A stretch of 39,860 nt of DNA from Bacteriovoracia bacterium (GCA_046570105.1 JBKHVI010000023.1:1-39860); one strand, 5' to 3'; positions 26,736 to 35,979 are shown, counted from the stretch's first letter. The notes: a model not told the origin generated them from the letters alone. A program made the numbers and translations.

Positions 26736-28268
26736 TTAGTTGTTGATTCCACTCGATTGAGCGGGTGTCTCTTTGAAAAACTTTGCCGCAATCCTTACCC
26801 GACCTTCAAAGTGTGAATCGAGCAGACAAATAAGAACGTACAAAACATAAATGAAATTTCTCTTAGAACGTAGACGAGAGATAACTTGAAAAATCCACTC
26901 AAGAGGCACCAGCGACAAGAATGCTAGTAGCCACATAATACCAAATCCGCGCAAAAGATTTTTATCGAGAGCAAGACCAACTACTACGATCACGAGCACA
27001 GCGACGATAAGATGTAACATTCTTACTCTATCGAGAGCAAAATCAGCGAAGCGTTTTCTAGTCGGTGGAGCGTAAGCAAAGATCAAAAGACCTGCCCCTA
27101 CTAACGCTAATGAGAAAAATGATTTTCTTTTGATAAGATTACCTACAAAAGCACTGAAACCAGAAACAGACCAGCCGTGACCAAATAGTTGTAAATCTAT
27201 ATGGTAAATGAAAACAAAAAAGCAGCCCACTAATCCCATCGCGGTATAGCGTAAGAACTGCTGTCGATACCAAGTTGTCTTATCACTCATTTGCCACAGC
27301 AAGAGCATGCACAAACCTAGAGGAAATAATGGGAAGAAATGATAATTAAGCAAGGTACCAAAATAGCATAGCAACCCATACATTAAGCCAGCTCGATAGG
27401 TCGCACTTTTTGCTGCCCACAATAGTCCCCAAATCCACAGCACAGGAAAACAAGTAAGGAGCATTCCAAAAGGATCTTTCATCAAAAGCAAAGACCAGGA
27501 CCATGTCGATACCAATCCAAACACTCCCAAAATCGACAGACGCCTTGAGAAGAAAAAGCGCAGGACTCCATAGAAACTCAAAAGATAAAAGACTGTTCCT
27601 GCCACATAGAAGTGAAGGCACCAGGCTATGTACATCAGATTAGGAAAACGTCTGAATGGAAAGTAGTTCAGTGACATGAAATTCCAGTACTGCTGCGATA
27701 CTTTCTCATCTGGATCAATCAAAATTTTTAACGAATCAATATTATCAAAATAAGGAAACGATGGAATGGAAACCATCACCATGAGTATGGTGAGGAAGAG
27801 GACTGTTTTTTCAAAATTATCTAGATAGCGATATTCGCCGAACTGAGTTGAAACTGATTCTTCGATGATTTTTCCGCGTGTGGGCCACGAGTAAAACAGG
27901 CCAAGTGAAACCCAAAAGCCCCAAAAGAAATGCTTAGTCCATTCATCTGGCAGCATTAGAACCAGATTGAAATACATGATGGTAAAAACAGAACCAACTA
28001 ACAATCGATAGACCACTCGATCAATTGACGAATTTGCTCGGAAATAGATCTTCAAGCGATGATCGATTTCTTTCCCCAGCAGGTACCATTGGCTAGCAAT
28101 GAAAACCATATAGAGAAGCATCAGGATGGCCTGAGAGAACAGATTCAACTCTAGGGTCTTTTGGATCCAAACCGGGATCAAAAGAAATGAGAAGTAGATA
28201 ACTATCCGATTAAAGAAGAACTTACTCTTTTCTACGAGAGCACTTGAGTTTTTTACTAAAGTTTCCAG
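26736..28268 (-). CDS. Polytopic inner-membrane protein (>10 TM), function unknown
   Basis: Many hydrophobic helices. The frame is open upstream of the track's TTG (28181) to 28280; proposed CTG start at 28268 with SD GGAG 6 nt upstream. Confidence 0.75.
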   Translation of the reverse strand: METLVKNSSALVEKSKFFFNRIVIYFSFLLIPVWIQKTLELNLFSQAILMLLYMVFIASQWYLLGKEIDHRLKIYFRANSSIDRVVYRLLVGSVFTIMYFNLVLMLPDEWTKHFFWGFWVSLGLFYSWPTRGKIIEESVSTQFGEYRYLDNFEKTVLFLTILMVMVSIPSFPYFDNIDSLKILIDPDEKVSQQYWNFMSLNYFPFRRFPNLMYIAWCLHFYVAGTVFYLLSFYGVLRFFFSRRLSILGVFGLVSTWSWSLLLMKDPFGMLLTCFPVLWIWGLLWAAKSATYRAGLMYGLLCYFGTLLNYHFFPLFPLGLCMLLLWQMSDKTTWYRQQFLRYTAMGLVGCFFVFIYHIDLQLFGHGWSVSGFSAFVGNLIKRKSFFSLALVGAGLLIFAYAPPTRKRFADFALDRVRMLHLIVAVLVIVVVGLALDKNLLRGFGIMWLLAFLSLVPLEWIFQVISRLRSKRNFIYVLYVLICLLDSHFEGRVRIAAKFFKETPAQSSGINN

Positions 28269-28283
28269 ACCAATCTCCGACTA
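28257..28283 (+). promoter_or_regulatory. Sigma-28 (FliA) promoter of the fliD operon
   Basis: TAAAGTTT-N11-TCCGACTA versus extended consensus TAAAGTTT-N11-GCCGATAA; upstream of fliD, a known late flagellar gene. Confidence 0.75.
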
Positions 28284-28336
28284 GAATAGTGGGATATCTA
28301 AGATAGAGACTCCCAACCCACGACCTGTCGAAATAC

Positions 28337-28376
28337 GGAGGCGGAGCAGTTCACCCGCCTCCCTATTTCTTTCTTT
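28337..28376 (+). terminator. Terminator-like hairpin inside the fliD leader
   Basis: GGAGGCGG-AGCAGTTCAC-CCGCCTCC followed by CTATTTCTTTCTTT. Confidence 0.55.
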
Positions 28377-28486
28377 GGGTAATGGTAGCCCAATTTCTGC
28401 CCACTTGCACACTGGGCTTGGTGCGATAAAATAATCATAGGGGCAGTATGCCCTTTTTCGTAACCCCACAGCATCAGGAGGATGAA

Positions 28487-29875
28487 TTGGGGATAGCGTT
28501 TGGCTCCATCAATTCAGGACTGCCTAAGGACATCGTTCAGCAAATTGTGAACGCTGAGAAAATTCCTATTCAGGCGATGGAAGCACGTAAAGCGAAAGTA
28601 CAAAACAAGCAAGCACTCGTAGGCCAACTCACCAAACTCGTCGAGGGTATGCGTGGGGAAATTCTAAAAAACAAAGGTGCTCGCTCACTACGTGAACTAA
28701 AAGTTCAAGGTGGCGGCGACCATGTGGCGATCACAGCGGATAAAAATATTGCTGAGCCTGGAAAATACCAACTAGAAGTACTGCAACTGGCACAAAAATC
28801 TTCTGCGATAACAAACGGTGTTGAAGACAAAGACAAAACTTACATTGGAGTCGGTTATCTACGTGCCGTTATGCCAGATGGCGAGGAAAAAGAAATTTAT
28901 ATTGATCAAGAAAACGCCACGCTCAGTGGTGTCGCTAAATTGATAAATGAACAATCTGACACCCTTGGTATGCGCGCCAATGTTGTTAATGATGGTTCAG
29001 GATCTGATGAGCCCTGGAAGATGGTTCTCTCCATGAGTGAGACAGGTGATGGTGCGAGAGCCGAATTTCCCTACTTGTATTTGGTTGATGGCGAAGTCGA
29101 TCTTCATCTTGAAGGCGAGCGGCCAGCTCAAGATGCCAAAGTTAAACTGGATGGATTTGAAATTGAAGTGCCGTCAAACAAAGTAACTGATCTCATTCCT
29201 GGCGTGACTATCGATCTCAAAAAAGCCAAGCCGGGTGAAGAAATTAGTTTTGAAATTACCGAAGATATCGAAGCGATCGGCGGCAAAGTTACATCGCTGG
29301 TTGATAACATCAATAACGTTTTAAAGTTCATTAAAGAACAAAACACCTTGAATGAAAAATCAGATACGTCGTCGACCCTTGGTGGTGACCTCACCCTCCA
29401 AACGATCGAATCTAGACTTCGCTCTACTATCTTTACGCCAATCATGACTGACAAAGGGCCCATGCGTATTGGTGATCTAGGCATCACCTATCAACGCGAA
29501 GGTTTATTGAAATTTGATCCAGCCAAGTTTGAGTCTGTTTTAGCTGGGGACTACAAGCGTGTCGCCCAAGTACTCAACGGGATGTATGGTCCTGAGGGTA
29601 AGACAGACGGATTTATTGATAAGCTAGAACAAACAACGATGCAGCTTTTATCCCAACCTTCTGGTGCACTTGTTACCAGAAGTCGTGGTCTTAAAAGTAA
29701 TATTGACCAAATTGATCGGCAAATTTCAACTCGCCAGCGCATGATTGATCAAAAAGAAGAGATCTTAAAAGCTAAATTCGCACGCTTAGAAGAAACCATC
29801 TCTAAGATTCGTGGGCAGGGTGCAGGACTTGCCGGGTTAGCCCAAGTAGGGAATCCAGTGCAACAATTAGGATGA
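28487..29875 (+). CDS. fliD: Flagellar filament cap protein
   Basis: TTG start after SD AGGAGG giving MGIAFGSINSGL..DIVQQIVNAE; G.YQLEVLQLAQ, AQDAKVKLDG, SN...DLIPGVTIDL, L.GD, LGI...G.L.FD, C-terminal coiled coil. Confidence 0.95.
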   Translation: MGIAFGSINSGLPKDIVQQIVNAEKIPIQAMEARKAKVQNKQALVGQLTKLVEGMRGEILKNKGARSLRELKVQGGGDHVAITADKNIAEPGKYQLEVLQLAQKSSAITNGVEDKDKTYIGVGYLRAVMPDGEEKEIYIDQENATLSGVAKLINEQSDTLGMRANVVNDGSGSDEPWKMVLSMSETGDGARAEFPYLYLVDGEVDLHLEGERPAQDAKVKLDGFEIEVPSNKVTDLIPGVTIDLKKAKPGEEISFEITEDIEAIGGKVTSLVDNINNVLKFIKEQNTLNEKSDTSSTLGGDLTLQTIESRLRSTIFTPIMTDKGPMRIGDLGITYQREGLLKFDPAKFESVLAGDYKRVAQVLNGMYGPEGKTDGFIDKLEQTTMQLLSQPSGALVTRSRGLKSNIDQIDRQISTRQRMIDQKEEILKAKFARLEETISKIRGQGAGLAGLAQVGNPVQQLG

Positions 29876-29915
29876 AGCTCTCCTTCTAATAGGGGCAGCA
29901 TATGAGGAGTATTGA

Positions 29916-30320
29916 ATGAGTTATGGTTTGGGGCAATACAAAAAAACATCTGTTGAAACTGCTAGCAGAGAGCAAATTCTTTTGATGTTGTATCAAGCAG
30001 CCATAAAAAACTGCAAAAAAGCCATTGAGGCAATTGAGCAGAAAAACGTCGCTAAAAAAGGCGAATACATTGGTAAAATGCAAGACATTATTGTTGAGCT
30101 CTCCAATAGTCTCGACTTTGAAGTTGGTGGAGATATCGCAAAAGAGCTTAACTCTCTTTACGATTACCTCATGTTCTCGAGCACACAAGCGAATATCAAA
30201 ATTGATAAGCAGCCACTAGAGGCTTGTTTGAAAGTTTTGAATACACTTTATGATGGCTGGACTGAAGCCATCAAAGGTCTCAAAGCTCAACCTACACAAG
30301 CGAAAGCCGCCAATGAGTGA
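29916..30320 (+). CDS. fliS: Flagellin export chaperone
   Basis: Y....VETAS.EQILLMLY, II.EL..SLD...GG.IA..L.SLYDY, L..GW; SD GAGGAG. Confidence 0.96.
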   Translation: MSYGLGQYKKTSVETASREQILLMLYQAAIKNCKKAIEAIEQKNVAKKGEYIGKMQDIIVELSNSLDFEVGGDIAKELNSLYDYLMFSSTQANIKIDKQPLEACLKVLNTLYDGWTEAIKGLKAQPTQAKAANE

Positions 30321-30633
30321 AAAAAAACTTGAAACAAGTCACCTGACTTGGAAGATCCTCCGTCTGACAGAGAAGGCCCTCACACTTCTTGAATCTAGTC
30401 GACTTGATGATGCTCTTGCCGTTGTAGATAACCGCGAACGCGCGATGAATCTGCTTGCAACCCGAGCAGACATTACAGAAGCCGACGCTGCTATCTTGGG
30501 TGAGGTTGATAAATTGAATCAACGTCTCTTGGAAAAGTTTATTGAAACACGTGAACAGCTTCAGCGCGACATTGCGACAACTCACAAGCAAGGCACTGCA
30601 CATCGCTCTTACCATTCCAATCAGGTCAAGTAA
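30313..30633 (+). CDS. FliT/FlgN-like helical flagellar chaperone
   Basis: 106-aa all-helical protein (LDDAL.VVDNRE) directly after fliS; ATG 30313 overlaps the fliS end. Confidence 0.55.
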   Translation: MSEKKLETSHLTWKILRLTEKALTLLESSRLDDALAVVDNRERAMNLLATRADITEADAAILGEVDKLNQRLLEKFIETREQLQRDIATTHKQGTAHRSYHSNQVK

Positions 30634-30710
30634 GTCGTTTATTTGACAGTCCGTTCTGGCAGTGAGCAAATAGGGGAGACCAAATTAAATCCTTAAGGAA
30701 GAGGATTTCC

Positions 30711-31322
30711 ATGGACTCCCCTAGTAATTTTTTAACTCTCACTGAAGCCAAAAGTAAGGAACTTGTTCCTGTCGTTCGTGGCGTACCTCTTCATTCTCTC
30801 CACAATCCCCGCAGAGAAGCCGAAGTATTCGCTAATAATCATTTGGCACATCTTTCAAAAACCGCCAACGTGCTCGTCCTAGGACTTGGATTTGGCTATC
30901 ATATTGAGGAGATGTCTAAGATTCTTCGTCTCAGACACAAAGATGGAAAAATTCTAGTTATTGAAGCTCACCAAGAACTAGTAAGACTTTGGCAATCTTA
31001 CCAAAAAAACACCTGTAAGGCCGAAGTCATAAGTGCCCTAAGCATTGATGAGTTATATGCCAACAAAGATGTTTGCAAATTTCTTTTAAAAAAGCCTGTT
31101 GTAATTATTCACCAGGCTTCATTTGAATCTGCCAAAAGCTTTTATCAGTCATTTCTTACTCGAAGAGCCTCTTCACATTTAAAAGATTTCAAGACCAGTA
31201 ACCCTGAATGGAACTTCTGGATTGATTCATTGGGGGAGCGCTCAGTGGAAGAAGCCAAGCATGATTCTTCCCCTCATGCAGCATGGCTCAGGGCCTACTG
31301 GGAGTTTAAGCATGCTGAATAA
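30711..31322 (+). CDS. Protein resembling the N-terminal domain of motility-associated factor (Maf)
   Basis: LHSLHNPRREAE...VLVLGLGFGYHI...ILVIE matches the N-terminal Rossmann-like region of Maf/DUF115 proteins; no DUF115 catalytic (G.GPSL) region follows. Confidence 0.65.
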   Translation: MDSPSNFLTLTEAKSKELVPVVRGVPLHSLHNPRREAEVFANNHLAHLSKTANVLVLGLGFGYHIEEMSKILRLRHKDGKILVIEAHQELVRLWQSYQKNTCKAEVISALSIDELYANKDVCKFLLKKPVVIIHQASFESAKSFYQSFLTRRASSHLKDFKTSNPEWNFWIDSLGERSVEEAKHDSSPHAAWLRAYWEFKHAE

Positions 31323-32589
31323 TACTAAGTACCTTCATGTGCTACTAAGTCCGACTTCTGTTGGTATTGCAGAAGGATTAGATGCTCATCAGTTGAAAAG
31401 AAAATTTCCCGGTGAGCATGTCGCTTTAGTCCGAGCTGACATGAGAGACGAAATCATTGCTTTGGATGTATTTCATCAAGTCCACGAAGTGGATATTGAG
31501 TTTATTCAACGAAGTGCTTTCTCGCCATTACTAGGGGATGCTACTTCTTTCAAAGTTATGTGGAATGCCCTGCAACCACTTGTACTAGAAAAATGGGCTC
31601 GGATCTTTAATCTTTCCGGTGAAAAACTAGAAACATCAGTGGCTTCGCTTTTTAATGGTACCGCCGTTATGGGTAGTCATCGTTTTGAGGGCACCACGCT
31701 CTGTCACGAGTCACCACTAAAACTAGCTTCGCTATTAAACCAGTGGGGAATGTCTCATTCCCTAATTGATCAATTACTTTACAGAAAAGCTTTGAATCAA
31801 ATTGATATCTCTATTGTCGAATCTTCCCTTAAAAAAGCTACCGAATACAAAGCTGCACAAGCTCGCGGTGACCTTAAGGGAATTTTAGTTGGCGTGAGTT
31901 TGCACGAAAACAATCCAGACGATCGGGCATCAATACAATTTATCGCTCAACTTTTCACCCTTATTGCTCTTGATGAAAACACACGTGAAACTCTCAAAAA
32001 CTATGGCCTAGCATGTATCGACTGGTCAGAAGTAAATCCTGACATGGAGCTATTACTCGACATGAACGTAACAGATTCCAGTCGAATTGCTACAAACTGG
32101 GATCGCACTCTTAATATCTCCGGCAAAGATCCTGATGAACTTACCGAGAGAATAGCTGAGATTATTCCAAGCAATTTCTCGAAATGGGCTTGCCTCTCAT
32201 TTCTTTTTGACTATCTTGGCTATCCCAAACTAGCACATGCTTCTGAGCAAATGATCACTCGCTACGATAAAAACTCACTCGCTCCGTTTCTTCACCAAGA
32301 CGTATTAGCGCTTAAAGGATTTGCCAAAATCCTTCTCGAGGGACTTAGAAGGCAAGGACTTACTAACAACAGTTTATTAGCAGACTACTGGTCACAGCAT
32401 CCTGGTACTCTGAGCTTCATTTGTGCGATTGAATTATCGCTTCAGCCTTCTCTTAAGCCTCTTTTTAGACATGACCAAGATGTTATGGCGATCAAAAATC
32501 GCCTGAGAACTCTCAACCATTTCTTCGAAAGAATGCATAAGGCGTGCACACTCGAAATGCCCACAACGGACTTGGCACTTACTTTATGA
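31312..32589 (+). CDS. Hypothetical protein, remote GT9 (GT-B) glycosyltransferase-like
   Basis: SD GGAG before ATG 31312; LKRKFPGEHVALV and W.RIFNLS resemble the GT9 N-domain; the resemblance is weak. Confidence 0.5.
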   Translation: MLNNTKYLHVLLSPTSVGIAEGLDAHQLKRKFPGEHVALVRADMRDEIIALDVFHQVHEVDIEFIQRSAFSPLLGDATSFKVMWNALQPLVLEKWARIFNLSGEKLETSVASLFNGTAVMGSHRFEGTTLCHESPLKLASLLNQWGMSHSLIDQLLYRKALNQIDISIVESSLKKATEYKAAQARGDLKGILVGVSLHENNPDDRASIQFIAQLFTLIALDENTRETLKNYGLACIDWSEVNPDMELLLDMNVTDSSRIATNWDRTLNISGKDPDELTERIAEIIPSNFSKWACLSFLFDYLGYPKLAHASEQMITRYDKNSLAPFLHQDVLALKGFAKILLEGLRRQGLTNNSLLADYWSQHPGTLSFICAIELSLQPSLKPLFRHDQDVMAIKNRLRTLNHFFERMHKACTLEMPTTDLALTL

Positions 32590-33920
32590 ATTTAAATACG
32601 CTCATTACATGTCCACCAGATACCAAGCTCTTTATAGACTTGTGTGCCAGTGCGTGTTTTGTTCGTGATCATCATCCTGACTTTTCTATTGATATTTACG
32701 TAACCAGCGAGGCGATACCTACCTGGTGGAGTTCACCGGGAAATTGGCTGAATGTTATTTTTGATCTAAAGAATGCTAAACCTCCTTATGCTCTAATAAT
32801 TCAGACAACCCCTGAACAGGCACTCGCTGAACAGCTATTGGCCCTTGATGCAGAAAACCGTGCCGGAGTTATTTCCCAGCCTAATTTACATATTCAGGGC
32901 CGATGGGCGCAAACTCTCATTGCAACTTTCGGCTGTACTCGCTTTTCTCCCTTCACACCATTTGATCTTTTTAACCATGTCTTACTCGGTAGAACTACTA
33001 TCGATTTTTCACCTCGAAATCAGAACCAAAAAGGTCTCTGGGTGATCGATCTTGATTCATTACCGCAAGAATCACGCACCTGGGGCGAGACAATAATTAG
33101 CCAAATTTCATTAACTCATCCAGGCCAAGTTCGAGATAAATTGCTTCCTTCTACCCGCCCTCAAGATATAGCCTGCTATATTGGAGGCCAAATCGCAGCC
33201 GCAAGTTGGTTTTCGTACTTTGGCAGTAAGTGTGCTCTTGTTTCACCCAAAACATGGGAAAGCAAGTTTGCTCCCGCTCATCCAAGTGCCTGGGTTCTTG
33301 ACCGCGACAACCTACCAGCGCACAAAATCTTATTTCAGATGATGCAAGGGAATGAAACTCGAGTAGGGAACCACTTCAGACACACGACTGAATTTCTTGG
33401 CGGACAACTACCTAGCTTCAATACTGATAAAGTTGATAGTAGTGAGCAAATTTTTGATCGCCTGAATTATGTTGTTATAAATTATCTAAATGATTTACTT
33501 GAAGTGGATATTCCTATTCCAGATATCACCTCTGAATGCTGTCTAAAGTTAAAAGGTACACAAGCAGTTTTTACAAAACTTATTCATCTCAATCAATTCG
33601 CAATTAAGTTTTTACAAGAATTCAATGAGAAGCATACTTCAGGCTTAGCTAAAGAATCCGATGTCATCGAATTAACAAATAAAATGGCTGAGATTGATGA
33701 AATAACCAACAAGACCATGGGCGTTTACCATGAAATGGATTTGTTGAAATTATGGATCCATTTCTCAAAAGCCGGTGCACAAGGTGAGAATGTTATCGAT
33801 ATCGCTAAAAGCCTCATTTTAATTTATTACGAAATTAACCAGGCCATGGAAGCCTACATCGAACTAACAGATTCGATTGTGCAGCAACATGGTCGCAACC
33901 TTGCGGATACTCGCCCATGA
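32586..33920 (+). CDS. Hypothetical protein, remote GT9-like N-terminus + helical C-terminal domain
   Basis: ATGA overlap with the upstream gene; VRDHHPDFSIDIYV, YALIIQT, W......FSPFTPFDLF; amphipathic helical C-terminus. Confidence 0.5.
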   Translation: MNLNTLITCPPDTKLFIDLCASACFVRDHHPDFSIDIYVTSEAIPTWWSSPGNWLNVIFDLKNAKPPYALIIQTTPEQALAEQLLALDAENRAGVISQPNLHIQGRWAQTLIATFGCTRFSPFTPFDLFNHVLLGRTTIDFSPRNQNQKGLWVIDLDSLPQESRTWGETIISQISLTHPGQVRDKLLPSTRPQDIACYIGGQIAAASWFSYFGSKCALVSPKTWESKFAPAHPSAWVLDRDNLPAHKILFQMMQGNETRVGNHFRHTTEFLGGQLPSFNTDKVDSSEQIFDRLNYVVINYLNDLLEVDIPIPDITSECCLKLKGTQAVFTKLIHLNQFAIKFLQEFNEKHTSGLAKESDVIELTNKMAEIDEITNKTMGVYHEMDLLKLWIHFSKAGAQGENVIDIAKSLILIYYEINQAMEAYIELTDSIVQQHGRNLADTRP

Positions 33921-34369
33921 AAACGACCGACGATTCTTTTCTTTCAGAAGAAGCAATGTCTCAAAAAGACATTCTTCAACTGATTTACAAAACACTTTCA
34001 GATTCTATTTATGAGCTGGGTTCCGAGATAGAACTTCTTAAATCTCATCTTCCAGCCAATATGCCCGAGGATAAACTAGTTATGTTGGTCGGCAATGTCC
34101 GCAAACTGGTAGTCTTTTTGAAGTATTCTAGCCAATACATGCGACAAACACTTGCTTCAGATGGCCTAAGAGAGGAAATCTTACGCATAAAGCTACACCT
34201 TCTTTCCGTGTTGAGGGCGCTATCAGACCAATTAAGACTAAATGATCGCAACGCAGTTCACGACTTGATCACTGAAGAGCTGCGAGATAATCTGACTCTG
34301 TGGAAAATCAACGTACTTCCGCTGCTGAGACCTCGCGTCTCCCCAACTATTGGGTCAGCAGCAATTTAA
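33917..34369 (+). CDS. Small helical hypothetical protein
   Basis: ATGA overlap; C-terminal D...VHDLITEELRDNLTLW resembles the 'D.leYEl...l..W' motif of small proteins in flagellin-modification loci (from recall). Confidence 0.6.
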   Translation: MKTTDDSFLSEEAMSQKDILQLIYKTLSDSIYELGSEIELLKSHLPANMPEDKLVMLVGNVRKLVVFLKYSSQYMRQTLASDGLREEILRIKLHLLSVLRALSDQLRLNDRNAVHDLITEELRDNLTLWKINVLPLLRPRVSPTIGSAAI

Positions 34370-35979
34370 GGACACAGTGGGAGGAGATCAACTCAGATCT
34401 CCCTCTTCCTCATCCAGACTCTGAAAGTGCACATTGGAAGATAGAGCAGATCGGTACTGATATCGTTCTGACTGACCGAAAAAAAACACAACTCAAGCTA
34501 CCTTGCACTAAATCTAATCTTGGTTTCTTCGCAAAAACATTAAGTGAAATGTTTTATGGTCCCGACTTCACAACTAATAGCTGGGAAAACCAGGCGTTGA
34601 TTGAACTTGCGGATCTGTCTCAGCCGCTATTTTTTGGCTCACTCATAGATGCAGATACTAAAAATTACTTATCAAAACTTTCATCCACTATCAGCCTCAA
34701 AAGTGGTCTAGATGGTTTTTTTGAACTTAGAAGATTTAAAGAGTTTAGAATTGGATTTTTACTTGTACACCAAAAGGGTGAAGCACAGGCTTGGCAAATT
34801 GGGGCCGGCGGCTCTCAAGATGGTCTTACTAGCTCAATTGATTTGGAAAAATTTAATTCGCTTTACCAGGCAGTAAAGAAATCAAAAAACGGTCAGTTCA
34901 CGACTCAACAACCTAAGTGGCAATGGCTGCCAGTTGGTGGTGTGTTTCTAGCCGAAACATTTTCATTTAGGCGCTTTAATGCCATCTGGGTGATCTCACG
35001 CCAAGAGTTTCTTCCTTGTTCAAATGAAGAGGTTCGCGAGTTTCGTTCATTCGCAAAACTTCTAGGTCTTTGGCTGGAAGGTTTAATTGAAGTAGAGTTT
35101 TCTGATCTTAGACTTGCGGAAATAATGTGGGCGCTCGAACATTGCCCCCTTCCACTGGCGTTACAAGATTCGCAAGGAAAAGCCATTTTTACTAACGCTG
35201 CATTCGTCAGTTCTGGCCCTCCGCCTGAATTATCATGGATTCCGATAGGAAAAAATTATGAACTTGGAATCGGCAAGCGCGAAGACTGGGACGCAACGAG
35301 AATAGATGTTTTGCATAGTCATAAAATTGCTCTTCTTGGTGATTTGTTCAATACCCTAAGGCACGAACTTTCTAATCCACTTTTCGGTCTAGGATTGGCC
35401 TGTGAATTGCTCCTGGGGACAGAATCCCCTGATGATGTTTCAATGGTGTTAAGTGAAATAAAAAAGAATATTCTTCGTTCACAACTTATTATTAGTAATC
35501 TCTCAAAGCTTTATTCTGAAGAACACACCACAAATTCGTGTGACCTAGGCCAGGCACTCGAAGAAACCCTCACTCTCGCTAAGTCCGAATTAAAAACTAT
35601 ACGAAAAATTTTACCTCCCAACATTTCCCTTGAAGGGATTATTGTTGAAGGTCGCCCTCTTCTCGTAGTCCAGATTCTTTTCAATTTGCTTATCAATAGC
35701 AGCCAAGCAATGCGTGAAAGCACACAGGCGCCAGAAATTAAAATCAAAGAGATCATTCAGGCCGATTCCGTCGATTTAATTATTAGCGATAATGGCCCGG
35801 GACTCCCTCCACTAATAAAAGAAAATCTGTTTCGCCCCTTCTATACGACAAAACAAAAAGGGCATGGGCTGGGCCTTGCACTTTCCAGAGATCTCGCCTT
35901 GAAAATCGGCGGGGATCTCAACTACATTGAAAGCCCTCTCGGGGCGACATTTCGCTTGCAGCTAAAACGAGTACTATGA
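34300..35979 (+). CDS. Soluble sensor histidine kinase
   Basis: H box RHELSNPL, N box QILFNLLINS, G1 DNGPG, F box LFRPFYTTK, G2 GHGLGL; no TM segments; start uncertain. Confidence 0.9.
   Translation: MENQRTSAAETSRLPNYWVSSNLRTQWEEINSDLPLPHPDSESAHWKIEQIGTDIVLTDRKKTQLKLPCTKSNLGFFAKTLSEMFYGPDFTTNSWENQALIELADLSQPLFFGSLIDADTKNYLSKLSSTISLKSGLDGFFELRRFKEFRIGFLLVHQKGEAQAWQIGAGGSQDGLTSSIDLEKFNSLYQAVKKSKNGQFTTQQPKWQWLPVGGVFLAETFSFRRFNAIWVISRQEFLPCSNEEVREFRSFAKLLGLWLEGLIEVEFSDLRLAEIMWALEHCPLPLALQDSQGKAIFTNAAFVSSGPPPELSWIPIGKNYELGIGKREDWDATRIDVLHSHKIALLGDLFNTLRHELSNPLFGLGLACELLLGTESPDDVSMVLSEIKKNILRSQLIISNLSKLYSEEHTTNSCDLGQALEETLTLAKSELKTIRKILPPNISLEGIIVEGRPLLVVQILFNLLINSSQAMRESTQAPEIKIKEIIQADSVDLIISDNGPGLPPLIKENLFRPFYTTKQKGHGLGLALSRDLALKIGGDLNYIESPLGATFRLQLKRVL

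Noticed and set aside
26350..26739. 129-aa + strand ORF
   Set aside because: No SD, no recognisable domain, runs through the hairpin array and is antisense to a more plausible co-oriented ORF; not fully excluded.
28316..28393. c-di-GMP-I (GEMM) riboswitch call based on CTGTCGAAATACGG and ATGGTAGC
   Set aside because: The conserved GCAAA and GACGCAAAGC cores are missing; reported only as an unassigned structured leader.
28448..28486. fliD start at ATG 28448
   Set aside because: It lies within a hairpin and upstream of the AGGAGG SD; TTG 28487 gives the typical FliD N-terminus.
30631..30657. Second sigma-28 promoter (TAAG-N15-TCCGTTCT) before the Maf-N-like gene
   Set aside because: Correct spacing but a poor -10 match; too weak to call.
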